NCBI GenBank assembly: GCA_964057225.1
Contig: OZ059900.1
Coordinates: forward strand, 12,772,001-12,836,000
Source: Auanema rhodensis
Lineage: Eukaryota > Animalia > Nematoda
Direction: 5' to 3'
Length of the DNA stretch: 64,000 bases
The translations under genes were made by a program, and so were the position numbers. Below the pieces are notes generated by a model. The model saw nothing but the letters and a program-made list of their open reading frames with translations. It ran no database searches and was not told the DNA's origin. Of the stretch, positions 9,301-24,300 are shown piece by piece. Numbering within the stretch: the stretch's first letter is position 1; each line of letters opens with the position of its first letter.

Positions 9301-12300
9301 CATCATAAACAATACTTTTTAACAAAATCTTTTCACAATTTATTATTTTACAGAAATCAACAACAGAAAAGAAAAATAATTTAGTCTCAATAATAAGAGT
9401 TAAAACATAACTAATATAAAACAGAAACCAAATAGTCTATAGATATGAAACATACGTGACAGTTATCTGTTGAAGTTAATTAGGATTCTATTGTTAGGTT
9501 TATTTCAAATTTAGGTTTTCTTATGATAAATTAATTCAAGTAATCAGAAGAGATTCTGATTTATTTTCAAATTGATTCTTAGTTATCTTCTTAGTTACAA
9601 TACTCATTCGTTAAAACTATCAATATTTAATATATTATATATGTAATAGATATACATTCATCATAAACAATACTTTTTAACAAAATCTTTTCACAATTTA
9701 TTATTTTACAGAAATCAACAACAGAAAAGAAAAATAATTTAGTCTCAATAATAAGAGTTAAAACATAACTAATATAAAACAGAAACCAAATAGTCTATAG
9801 ATATGAAACATACGTGACAGTTATCTGTTGAAGTTAATTAGGATTCTATTGTTAGGTTTATTTCAAATTTAGGTTTTCTTATGATAAATTAATTCAAGTA
9901 ATCAGAAGAGATTCTGATTTATTTTCAAATTGATTCTTAGTTATCTTCTTAGTTACAATACTCATTCGTTAAAACTATCAATATTTGATATATTATATAT
10001 GTAATAGATATACATTCATCATAAACAATACTTTTTAACAAAATCTTTTCACAATTTATTATTTTACAGAAATCAACAACAGAAAAGAAAAATAATTTAG
10101 TCTCAATAATAAGAGTTAAAACATAACTAATATAAAACAGAAACCAAATAGTCTATAGATATGGAACATACGTGACAGTTATCTGTTGAAGTTAATTAAG
10201 ATTCTATTGTTAAGTTTACTTCAAATTTTAGTTTACTTATCATAAATTAATTCAAGTAATCAGAAGAGATTCTGATTTATTTTCAAATTGATTCTTAGTT
10301 ATCTTCTTAGTTACAATACTCATTCGTTAAAACTATCAATATTTGATATATTATATATGTGATAGATATACATTCATCATAAACAATACTTTTTAACAAA
10401 ATCTTTTCACAATTTATTATTTTACAGAAATCAACAACAGAAAAGAAAAATAATTTAGTCTCAATAATAAGAGTTAAAACATAACTAATATAAAACAGAA
10501 ACCAAATAGTCTATAGATATGAAACATACGTGACAGTTATCTGTTGAAGTTAATTAAGATTCTATTGTTAAGTTTACTTCAAATTTTAGTTTACTTATCA
10601 TAAATTAATTCAAGTAATCAGAAGAGATTCTGATTTATTTTCAAATTGATTCTTAGTTATCTTCTTAGTTACAATACTCATTCGTTAAAACTATCAATAT
10701 TTGATATATTATATATGTAATAGATATACATTCATCATAAACAATACTTTTTAACAAAATCTTTTCACAATTTATTATTTTACAGAAATCAACAACAGAA
10801 AAGAAAAATAATTTAGTCTCAATAATAAGAGTTAAAACATAACTAATATAAAACAGAAACCAAATAGTCTATAGATATGAAACATACGTGACAGTTATCT
10901 GTTGAAGTTAATTAGGATTCTATTGTTAGGTTTATTTCAAATTTAGGTTTTCTTATGATAAATTAATTCAAGTAATCAGAAGAGATTCTGATTTATTTTC
11001 AAATTGATTCTTAGTTATCTTCTTAGTTACAATACTCATTCGTTAAAACTATCAATATTTAATATATTATATATGTAATAGATATACATTCATCATAAAC
11101 AATACTTTTTAACAAAATCTTTTCACAATTTATTATTTTACAGAAATCAACAACAGAAAAGAAAAATAATTTAGTCTCAATAATAAGAGTTAAAACATAA
11201 CTAATATAAAACAGAAACCAAATAGTCTATAGATATGAAACATACGTGACAGTTATCTGTTGAAGTTAATTAAGATTCTATTGTTAAGTTTACTTCAAAT
11301 TTTAGTTTACTTATCATAAATTAATTCAAGTAATCAGAAGAGATTCTGATTTATTTTCAAATTGATTCTTAGTTATCTTCTTAGTTACAATACTCATTCG
11401 TTAAAACTATCAATATTTGATATATTATATATGTGATAGATATACATTCATCATAAACAATACTTTTTAACAAAATCTTTTCACAATTTATTATTTTACA
11501 GAAATCAACAACAGAAAAGAAAAATAATTTAGTCTCAATAATAAGAGTTAAAACATAACTAATATAAAACAGAAACCAAATAGTCTATAGATATGAAACA
11601 TACGTGACAGTTATCTGTTGAAGTTAATTAAGATTCTATTGTTAAGTTTACTTCAAATTTTAGTTTACTTATCATAAATTAATTCAAGTAATCAGAAGAG
11701 ATTCTGATTTATTTTCAAATTGATTCTTAGTTATCTTCTTAGTTACAATACTCATTCGTTAAAACTATCAATATTTGATATATTATATATGTAATAGATA
11801 TACATTCATCATAAACAATACTTTTTAACAAAATCTTTTCACAATTTATTATTTTACAGAAATCAACAACAGAAAAGAAAAATAATTTAGTCTCAATAAT
11901 AAGAGTTAAAACATAACTAATATAAAACAGAAACCAAATAGTCTATAGATATGAAACATACGTGACAGTTATCTGTTGAAGTTAATTAGGATTCTATTGT
12001 TAGGTTTATTTCAAATTTAGGTTTTCTTATGATAAATTAATTCAAGTAATCAGAAGAGATTCTGATTTATTTTCAAATTGATTCTTAGTTATCTTCTTAG
12101 TTACAATACTCATTCGTTAAAACTATCAATATTTAATATATTATATATGTAATAGATATACATTCATCATAAACAATACTTTTTAACAAAATCTTTTCAC
12201 AATTTATTATTTTACAGAAATCAACAACAGAAAAGAAAAATAATTTAGTCTCAATAATAAGAGTTAAAACATAACTAATATAAAACAGAAACCAAATAGT

Positions 12301-15300
12301 CTATAGATATGAAACATACGTGACAGTTATCTGTTGAAGTTAATTAGGATTCTATTGTTAGGTTTATTTCAAATTTAGGTTTTCTTATGATAAATTAATT
12401 CAAGTAATCAGAAGAGATTCTGATTTATTTTCAAATTGATTCTTAGTTATCTTCTTAGTTACAATACTCATTCGTTAAAACTATCAATATTTAATATATT
12501 ATATATGTAATAGATATACATTCATCATAAACAATACTTTTTAACAAAATCTTTTCACAATTTATTATTTTACAGAAATCAACAACAGAAAAGAAAAATA
12601 ATTTAGTCTCAATAATAAGAGTTAAAACATAACTAATATAAAACAGAAACCAAATAGTCTATAGATATGAAACATACGTGACAGTTATCTGTTGAAGTTA
12701 ATTAGGATTCTATTGTTAGGTTTATTTCAAATTTAGGTTTTCTTATGATAAATTAATTCAAGTAATCAGAAGAGATTCTGATTTATTTTCAAATTGATTC
12801 TTAGTTATCTTCTTAGTTACAATACTCATTCGTTAAAACTATCAATATTTAATATATTATATATGTAATAGATATACATTCATCATAAACAATACTTTTT
12901 AACAAAATCTTTTCACAATTTATTATTTTACAGAAATCAACAACAGAAAAGAAAAATAATTTAGTCTCAATAATAAGAGTTAAAACATAACTAATATAAA
13001 ACAGAAACCAAATAGTCTATAGATATGAAACATACGTGACAGTTATGTGTTGAAGTTAATTAGGATTCTATTGTTAGGTTTATTTCAAATTTAGGTTTTC
13101 TTATGATAAATTAATTCAAGTAATCAGAAGAGATTCTGATTTATTTTCAATTAGATTCTTAGTTATCTTCTTAGTTACAATACTCATTCGTTAAAACTAT
13201 CAATATTTGATATATTATATATGTAATAGATATACATTCATCATAAACAATACTTTTTAACAAAATCTTTTCACAATTTATTATTTTACAGAAATCAACA
13301 ACAGAAAAGAAAAATAATTTAGTCTCAATAATAAGAGTTAAAACATAACTAATATAAAACAGAAACCAAATAGTCTATAGATATGAAACATACGTGACAG
13401 TTATCTGTTGAAGTTAATTAAGATTCTATTGTTAAGTTTACTTCAAATTTTAGTTTACTTATCATAAATTAATTCAAGTAATCAGAAGAGATTCTGATTT
13501 ATTTTCAAATTGATTCTTAGTTATCTTCTTAGTTACAATACTCATTCGTTAAAACTATCAATATTTGATATATTATATATGTGATAGATATACATTCATC
13601 ATAAACAATACTTTTTAACAAAATCTTTTCACAATTTATTATTTTACAGAAATCAACAACAGAAAAGAAAAATAATTTAGTCTCAATAATAAGAGTTAAA
13701 ACATAACTAATATAAAACAGAAACCAAATAGTCTATAGATATGAAACATACGTGACAGTTATCTGTTGAAGTTAATTAAGATTCTATTGTTAAGTTTACT
13801 TCAAATTTTAGTTTACTTATCATAAATTAATTCAAGTAATCAGAAGAGATTCTGATTTATTTTCAAATTGATTCTTAGTTATCTTCTTAGTTACAATACT
13901 CATTCGTTAAAACTATCAATATTTAATATATTATATATGTAATAGATATACATTCATCATAAACAATACTTTTTAACAAAATCTTTTCACAATTTATTAT
14001 TTTACAGAAATCAACAACAGAAAAGAAAAATAATTTAGTCTCAATAATAAGAGTTAAAACATAACTAATATAAAACAGAAACCAAATAGTCTATAGATAT
14101 GAAACATACGTGACAGTTATCTGTTGAAGTTAATTAAGATTCTATTGTTAAGTTTACTTCAAATTTTAGTTTACTTATCATAAATTAATTCAAGTAATCA
14201 GAAGAGATTCTGATTTATTTTCAAATTGATTCTTAGTTATCTTCTTAGTTACAATACTCATTCGTTAAAACTATCAATATTTAATATATTATATATGTAA
14301 TAGATATACATTCATCATAAACAATACTTTTAAACAAAATCTTTTCACAATTTATTATTTTACAGAAATCAACAACAGAAAAGAAAAATAATTTAGTCTC
14401 AATAATAAGAGTTAAAACATAACTAATATAAAACAGAAACCAAATAGTCTATAGATATGAAACATACGTGACAGTTATCTGTTGAAGTTAATTAAGATTC
14501 TATTGTTAAGTTTACTTCAAATTTTAGTTTACTTATCATAAATTAATTCAAGTAATCAGAAGAGATTCTGATTTATTTTCAAATTGATTCTTAGTTATCT
14601 TCTTAGTTACAATACTCATTCGTTAAAACTATCAATATTTAATATATTATATATGTAATAGATATACATTCATCATAAACAATACTTTTTAACAAAATCT
14701 TTTCACAATTTATTATTTTACAGAAATCAACAACAGAAAAGAAAAATAATTTAGTCTCAATAATAAGAGTTAAAACATAACTAATATAAAACAGAAACCA
14801 AATAGTCTATAGATATGGAACATACGTGACAGTTATCTGTTGAAGTTAATTAAGATTCTATTGTTAAGTTTACTTCAAATTTTAGTTTACTTATCATAAA
14901 TTAATTCAAGTAATCAGAAGAGATTCTGATTTATTTTCAAATTGATTCTTAGTTATCTTCTTAGTTACAATACTCATTCGTTAAAACTATCAATATTTGA
15001 TATATTATATATGTGATAGATATACATTCATCATAAACAATACTTTTTAACAAAATCTTTTCACAATTTATTATTTTACAGAAATCAACAACAGAAAAGA
15101 AAAATAATTTAGTCTCAATAATAAGAGTTAAAACATAACTAATATAAAACAGAAACCAAATAGTCTATAGATATGAAACATACGTGACAGTTATCTGTTG
15201 AAGTTAATTAAGATTCTATTGTTAAGTTAACTTCAAATTTTAGTTTACTTATCATAAATTAATTCAAGTAATCAGAAGAGATTCTGATTTATTTTCAAAT

Positions 15301-18300
15301 TGATTCTTAGTTATCTTCTTAGTTACAATACTCATTCGTTAAAACTATCAATATTTGATATATTATATATGTGATAGATATACATTCATCATAAACAATA
15401 CTTTTTAACAAAATCTTTTCACAATTTATTATTTTACAGAAATCAACAACAGAAAAGAAAAATAATTTAGTCTCAATAATAAGAGTTAAAACATAACTAA
15501 TATAAAACAGAAACCAAATAGTCTATAGATATGAAACATACGTGACAGTTATCTGTTGAAGTTAATTAAGATTCTATTGTTAAGTTTACTTCAAATTTTA
15601 GTTTACTTATCATAAATTAATTCAAGTAATCAGAAGAGATTCTGATTTATTTTCAAATTGATTCTTAGTTATCTTCTTAGTTACAATACTCATTCGTTAA
15701 AACTATCAATATTTAATATATTATATATGTAATAGATATACATTCATCATAAACAATACTTTTTAACAAAATCTTTTCACAATTTATTATTTTACAGAAA
15801 TCAACAACAGAAAAGAAAAATAATTTAGTCTCAATAATAAGAGTTAAAACATAACTAATATAAAACAGAAACCAAATAGTCTATAGATATGAAACATACG
15901 TGACAGTTATCTGTTGAAGTTAATTAAGATTCTATTGTTAAGTTTACTTCAAATTTTAGTTTACTTATCATAAATTAATTCAAGTAATCAGAAGAGATTC
16001 TGATTTATTTTCAAATTGATTCTTAGTTATCTTCTTAGTTACAATACTCATTCGTTAAAACTATCAATATTTGATATATTATATATGTAATAGATATACA
16101 TTCATCATAAACAATACTTTTTAACAAAATCTTTTCACAATTTATTATTTTACAGAAATCAACAACAGAAAAGAAAAATAATTTAGTCTCAATAATAAGA
16201 GTTAAAACATAACTAATATAAAACAGAAACCAAATAGTCTATAGATATGAAACATACGTGACAGTTATCTGTTGAAGTTAATTAAGATTCTATTGTTAAG
16301 TTTACTTCAAATTTTAGTTTACTTATCATAAATTAATTCAAGTAATCAGAAGAGATTCTGATTTATTTTCAAATTGATTCTTAGTTATCTTCTTAGTTAC
16401 AATACTCATTCGTTAAAACTATCAATATTTGATATATTATATATGTGATAGATATACATTCATCATAAACAATACTTTTTAACAAAATCTTTTCACAATT
16501 TATTATTTTACAGAAATCAACAACAGAAAAGAAAAATAATTTAGTCTCAATAATAAGAGTTAAAACATAACTAATATAAAACAGAAACCAAATAGTCTAT
16601 AGATATGGAACATACGTGACAGTTATCTGTTGAAGTTAATTAAGATTCTATTGTTAAGTTTACTTCAAATTTTAGTTTACTTATCATAAATTAATTCAAG
16701 TAATCAGAAGAGATTCTGATTTATTTTCAAATTGATTCTTAGTTATCTTCTTAGTTACAATACTCATTCGTTAAAACTATCAATATTTGATATATTATAT
16801 ATGTGATAGATATACATTCATCATAAACAATACTTTTTAACAAAATCTTTTCACAATTTATTATTTTACAGAAATCAACAACAGAAAAGAAAAATAATTT
16901 AGTCTCAATAATAAGAGTTAAAACATAACTAATATAAAACAGAAACCAAATAGTCTATAGATATGAAACATACGTGACAGTTATCTGTTGAAGTTAATTA
17001 AGATTCTATTGTTAAGTTAACTTCAAATTTTAGTTTACTTATCATAAATTAATTCAAGTAATCAGAAGAGATTCTGATTTATTTTCAAATTGATTCTTAG
17101 TTATCTTCTTAGTTACAATACTCATTCGTTAAAACTATCAATATTTGATATATTATATATGTGATAGATATACATTCATCATAAACAATACTTTTTAACA
17201 AAATCTTTTCACAATTTATTATTTTACAGAAATCAACAACAGAAAAGAAAAATAATTTAGTCTCAATAATAAGAGTTAAAACATAACTAATATAAAACAG
17301 AAACCAAATAGTCTATAGATATGAAACATACGTGACAGTTATCTGTTGAAGTTAATTAAGATTCTATTGTTAAGTTTACTTCAAATTTTAGTTTACTTAT
17401 CATAAATTAATTCAAGTAATCAGAAGAGATTCTGATTTATTTTCAAATTGATTCTTAGTTATCTTCTTAGTTACAATACTCATTCGTTAAAACTATCAAT
17501 ATTTGATATATTATATATGTGATAGATATACATTCATCATAAACAATACTTTTTAACAAAATCTTTTCACAATTTATTATTTTACAGAAATCAACAACAG
17601 AAAAGAAAAATAATTTAGTCTCAATAATAAGAGTTAAAACATAACTAATATAAAACAGAAACCAAATAGTCTATAGATATGAAACATACGTGACAGTTAT
17701 CTGTTGAAGTTAATTAAGATTCTATTGTTAAGTTTACTTCAAATTTTAGTTTACTTATCATAAATTAATTCAAGTAATCAGAAGAGATTCTGATTTATTT
17801 TCAAATTGATTCTTAGTTATCTTCTTAGTTACAATACTCATTCGTTAAAACTATCAATATTTAATATATTATATATGTAATAGATATACATTCATCATAA
17901 ACAATACTTTTTAACAAAATCTTTTCACAATTTATTATTTTACAGAAATCAACAACAGAAAAGAAAAATAATTTAGTCTCAATAATAAGAGTTAAAACAT
18001 AACTAATATAAAACAGAAACCAAATAGTCTATAGATATGAAACATACGTGACAGTTATCTGTTGAAGTTAATTAAGATTCTATTGTTAAGTTTACTTCAA
18101 ATTTTAGTTTACTTATCATAAATTAATTCAAGTAATCAGAAGAGATTCTGATTTATTTTCAAATTGATTCTTAGTTATCTTCTTAGTTACAATACTCATT
18201 CGTTAAAACTATCAATATTTAATATATTATATATGTAATAGATATACATTCATCATAAACAATACTTTTAAACAAAATCTTTTCACAATTTATTATTTTA

Positions 18301-21300
18301 CAGAAATCAACAACAGAAAAGAAAAATAATTTAGTCTCAATAATAAGAGTTAAAACATAACTAATATAAAACAGAAACCAAATAGTCTATAGATATGAAA
18401 CATACGTGACAGTTATCTGTTGAAGTTAATTAAGATTCTATTGTTAAGTTTACTTCAAATTTTAGTTTACTTATCATAAATTAATTCAAGTAATCAGAAG
18501 AGATTCTGATTTATTTTCAAATTGATTCTTAGTTATCTTCTTAGTTACAATACTCATTCGTTAAAACTATCAATATTTGATATATTATATATGTGATAGA
18601 TATACATTCATCATAAACAATACTTTTTAACAAAATCTTTTCACAATTTATTATTTTACAGAAATCAACAACAGAAAAGAAAAATAATTTAGTCTCAATA
18701 ATAAGAGTTAAAACATAACTAATATAAAACAGAAACCAAATAGTCTATAGATATGAAACATACGTGACAGTTATCTGTTGAAGTTAATTAAGATTCTATT
18801 GTTAAGTTTACTTCAAATTTTAGTTTACTTATCATAAATTAATTCAAGTAATCAGAAGAGATTCTGATTTATTTTCAAATTGATTCTTAGTTATCTTCTT
18901 AGTTACAATACTCATTCGTTAAAACTATCAATATTTGATATATTATATATGTGATAGATATACATTCATCATAAACAATACTTTTTAACAAAATCTTTTC
19001 ACAATTTATTATTTTACAGAAATCAACAACAGAAAAGAAAAATAATTTAGTCTCAATAATAAGAGTTAAAACATAACTAATATAAAACAGAAACCAAATA
19101 GTCTATAGATATGAAACATACGTGACAGTTATCTGTTGAAGTTAATTAAGATTCTATTGTTAAGTTTACTTCAAATTTTAGTTTACTTATCATAAATTAA
19201 TTCAAGTAATCAGAAGAGATTCTGATTTATTTTCAAATTGATTCTTAGTTATCTTCTTAGTTACAATACTCATTCGTTAAAACTATCAATATTTAATATA
19301 TTATATATGTAATAGATATACATTCATCATAAACAATACTTTTTAACAAAATCTTTTCACAATTTATTATTTTACAGAAATCAACAACAGAAAAGAAAAA
19401 TAATTTAGTCTCAATAATAAGAGTTAAAACATAACTAATATAAAACAGAAACCAAATAGTCTATAGATATGAAACATACGTGACAGTTATCTGTTGAAGT
19501 TAATTAAGATTCTATTGTTAAGTTTACTTCAAATTTTAGTTTACTTATCATAAATTAATTCAAGTAATCAGAAGAGATTCTGATTTATTTTCAAATTGAT
19601 TCTTAGTTATCTTCTTAGTTACAATACTCATTCGTTAAAACTATCAATATTTAATATATTATATATGTAATAGATATACATTCATCATAAACAATACTTT
19701 TAAACAAAATCTTTTCACAATTTATTATTTTACAGAAATCAACAACAGAAAAGAAAAATAATTTAGTCTCAATAATAAGAGTTAAAACATAACTAATATA
19801 AAACAGAAACCAAATAGTCTATAGATATGAAACATACGTGACAGTTATCTGTTGAAGTTAATTAAGATTCTATTGTTAAGTTTACTTCAAATTTTAGTTT
19901 ACTTATCATAAATTAATTCAAGTAATCAGAAGAGATTCTGATTTATTTTCAAATTGATTCTTAGTTATCTTCTTAGTTACAATACTCATTCGTTAAAACT
20001 ATCAATATTTGATATATTATATATGTAATAGATATACATTCATCATAAACAATACTTTTTAACAAAATCTTTTCACAATTTATTATTTTACAGAAATCAA
20101 CAACAGAAAAGAAAAATAATTTAGTCTCAATAATAAGAGTTAAAACATAACTAATATAAAACAGAAACCAAATAGTCTATAGATATGAAACATACGTGAC
20201 AGTTATCTGTTGAAGTTAATTAAGATTCTATTGTTAAGTTTACTTCAAATTTTAGTTTACTTATCATAAATTAATTCAAGTAATCAGAAGAGATTCTGAT
20301 TTATTTTCAAATTGATTCTTAGTTATCTTCTTAGTTACAATACTCATTCGTTAAAACTATCAATATTTGATATATTATATATGTGATAGATATACATTCA
20401 TCATAAACAATACTTTTTAACAAAATCTTTTCACAATTTATTATTTTACAGAAATCAACAACAGAAAAGAAAAATAATTTAGTCTCAATAATAAGAGTTA
20501 AAACATAACTAATATAAAACAGAAACCAAATAGTCTATAGATATGAAACATACGTGACAGTTATCTGTTGAAGTTAATTAAGATTCTATTGTTAAGTTTA
20601 CTTCAAATTTTAGTTTACTTATCATAAATTAATTCAAGTAATCAGAAGAGATTCTGATTTATTTTCAAATTGATTCTTAGTTATCTTCTTAGTTACAATA
20701 CTCATTCGTTAAAACTATCAATATTTAATATATTATATATGTAATAGATATACATTCATCATAAACAATACTTTTTAACAAAATCTTTTCACAATTTATT
20801 ATTTTACAGAAATCAACAACAGAAAAGAAAAATAATTTAGTCTCAATAATAAGAGTTAAAACATAACTAATATAAAACAGAAACCAAATAGTCTATAGAT
20901 ATGGAACATACGTGACAGTTATCTGTTGAAGTTAATTAAGATTCTATTGTTAAGTTTACTTCAAATTTTAGTTTACTTATCATAAATTAATTCAAGTAAT
21001 CAGAAGAGATTCTGATTTATTTTCAAATTGATTCTTAGTTATCTTCTTAGTTACAATACTCATTCGTTAAAACTATCAATATTTGATATATTATATATGT
21101 GATAGATATACATTCATCATAAACAATACTTTTTAACAAAATCTTTTCACAATTTATTATTTTACAGAAATCAACAACAGAAAAGAAAAATAATTTAGTC
21201 TCAATAATAAGAGTTAAAACATAACTAATATAAAACAGAAACCAAATAGTCTATAGATATGAAACATACGTGACAGTTATCTGTTGAAGTTAATTAAGAT

Positions 21301-24300
21301 TCTATTGTTAAGTTTACTTCAAATTTTAGTTTACTTATCATAAATTAATTCAAGTAATCAGAAGAGATTCTGATTTATTTTCAAATTGATTCTTAGTTAT
21401 CTTCTTAGTTACAATACTCATTCGTTAAAACTATCAATATTTGATATATTATATATGTGGTAGATATACATTCATCATAAACAATACTTTTTAACAAAAT
21501 CTTTTCACAATTTATTATTTTACAGAAATCAACAACAGAAAAGAAAAATAATTTAGTCTCAATAATAAGAGTTAAAACATAACTAATATAAAACAGAAAC
21601 CAAATAGTCTATAGATATGAAACATACGTGACAGTTATCTGTTGAAGTTAATTAAGATTCTATTGTTAAGTTTACTTCAAATTTTAGTTTACTTATCATA
21701 AATTAATTCAAGTAATCAGAAGAGATTCTGATTTATTTTCAAATTGATTCTTAGTTATCTTCTTAGTTACAATACTCATTCGTTAAAACTATCAATATTT
21801 GATATATTATATATGTGATAGATATACATTCATCATAAACAATACTTTTTAACAAAATCTTTTCACAATTTATTATTTTACAGAAATCAACAACAGAAAA
21901 GAAAAATAATTTAGTCTCAATAATAAGAGTTAAAACATAACTAATATAAAACAGAAACCAAATAGTCTATAGATATGAAACATACGTGACAGTTATCTGT
22001 TGAAGTTAATTAAGATTCTATTGTTAAGTTTACTTCAAATTTTAGTTTACTTATCATAAATTAATTCAAGTAATCAGAAGAGATTCTGATTTATTTTCAA
22101 ATTGATTCTTAGTTATCTTCTTAGTTACAATACTCATTCGTTAAAACTATCAATATTTGATATATTATATATGTGATAGATATACATTCATCATAAACAA
22201 TACTTTTTAACAAAATCTTTTCACAATTTATTATTTTACAGAAATCAACAACAGAAAAGAAAAATAATTTAGTCTCAATAATAAGAGTTAAAACATAACT
22301 AATATAAAACAGAAACCAAATAGTCTATAGATATGAAACATACGTGACAGTTATCTGTTGAAGTTAATTAAGATTCTATTGTTAAGTTTACTTCAAATTT
22401 TAGTTTACTTATCATAAATTAATTCAAGTAATCAGAAGAGATTCTGATTTATTTTCAAATTGATTCTTAGTTATCTTCTTAGTTACAATACTCATTCGTT
22501 AAAACTATCAATATTTAATATATTATATATGTAATAGATATACATTCATCATAAACAATACTTTTTAACAAAATCTTTTCACAATTTATTATTTTACAGA
22601 AATCAACAACAGAAAAGAAAAATAATTTAGTCTCAATAATAAGAGTTAAAACATAACTAATATAAAACAGAAACCAAATAGTCTATAGATATGAAACATA
22701 CGTGACAGTTATCTGTTGAAGTTAATTAAGATTCTATTGTTAAGTTTACTTCAAATTTTAGTTTACTTATCATAAATTAATTCAAGTAATCAGAAGAGAT
22801 TCTGATTTATTTTCAAATTGATTCTTAGTTATCTTCTTAGTTACAATACTCATTCGTTAAAACTATCAATATTTGATATATTATATATGTGATAGATATA
22901 CATTCATCATAAACAATACTTTTTAACAAAATCTTTTCACAATTTATTATTTTACAGAAATCAACAACAGAAAAGAAAAATAATTTAGTCTCAATAATAA
23001 GAGTTAAAACATAACTAATATAAAACAGAAACCAAATAGTCTATAGATATGAAACATACGTGACAGTTATCTGTTGAAGTTAATTAAGATTCTATTGTTA
23101 AGTTTACTTCAAATTTTAGTTTACTTATCATAAATTAATTCAAGTAATCAGAAGAGATTCTGATTTATTTTCAAATTGATTCTTAGTTATCTTCTTAGTT
23201 ACAATACTCATTCGTTAAAACTATCAATATTTGATATATTATATATGTGATAGATATACATTCATCATAAACAATACTTTTTAACAAAATCTTTTCACAA
23301 TTTATTATTTTACAGAAATCAACAACAGAAAAGAAAAATAATTTAGTCTCAATAATAAGAGTTAAAACATAACTAATATAAAACAGAAACCAAATAGTCT
23401 ATAGATATGAAACATACGTGACAGTTATCTGTTGAAGTTAATTAAGATTCTATTGTTAAGTTTACTTCAAATTTTAGTTTACTTATCATAAATTAATTCA
23501 AGTAATCAGAAGAGATTCTGATTTATTTTCAAATTGATTCTTAGTTATCTTCTTAGTTACAATACTCATTCGTTAAAACTATCAATATTTGATATATTAT
23601 ATATGTAATAGATATACATTCATCATAAACAATACTTTTTAACAAAATCTTTTCACAATTTATTATTTTACAGAAATCAACAACAGAAAAGAAAAATAAT
23701 TTAGTCTCAATAATAAGAGTTAAAACATAACTAATATAAAACAGAAACCAAATAGTCTATAGATATGAAACATACGTGACAGTTATCTGTTGAAGTTAAT
23801 TAAGATTCTATTGTTAAGTTTACTTCAAATTTTAGTTTACTTATCATAAATTAATTCAAGTAATCAGAAGAGATTCTGATTTATTTTCAAATTGATTCTT
23901 AGTTATCTTCTTAGTTACAATACTCATTCGTTAAAACTATCAATATTTGATATATTATATATGTAATAGATATACATTCATCATAAACAATACTTTTTAA
24001 CAAAATCTTTTCACAATTTATTATTTTACAGAAATCAACAACAGAAAAGAAAAATAATTTAGTCTCAATAATAAGAGTTAAAACATAACTAATATAAAAC
24101 AGAAACCAAATAGTCTATAGATATGAAACATACGTGACAGTTATCTGTTGAAGTTAATTAAGATTCTATTGTTAAGTTTACTTCAAATTTTAGTTTACTT
24201 ATCATAAATTAATTCAAGTAATCAGAAGAGATTCTGATTTATTTTCAAATTGATTCTTAGTTATCTTCTTAGTTACAATACTCATTCGTTAAAACTATCA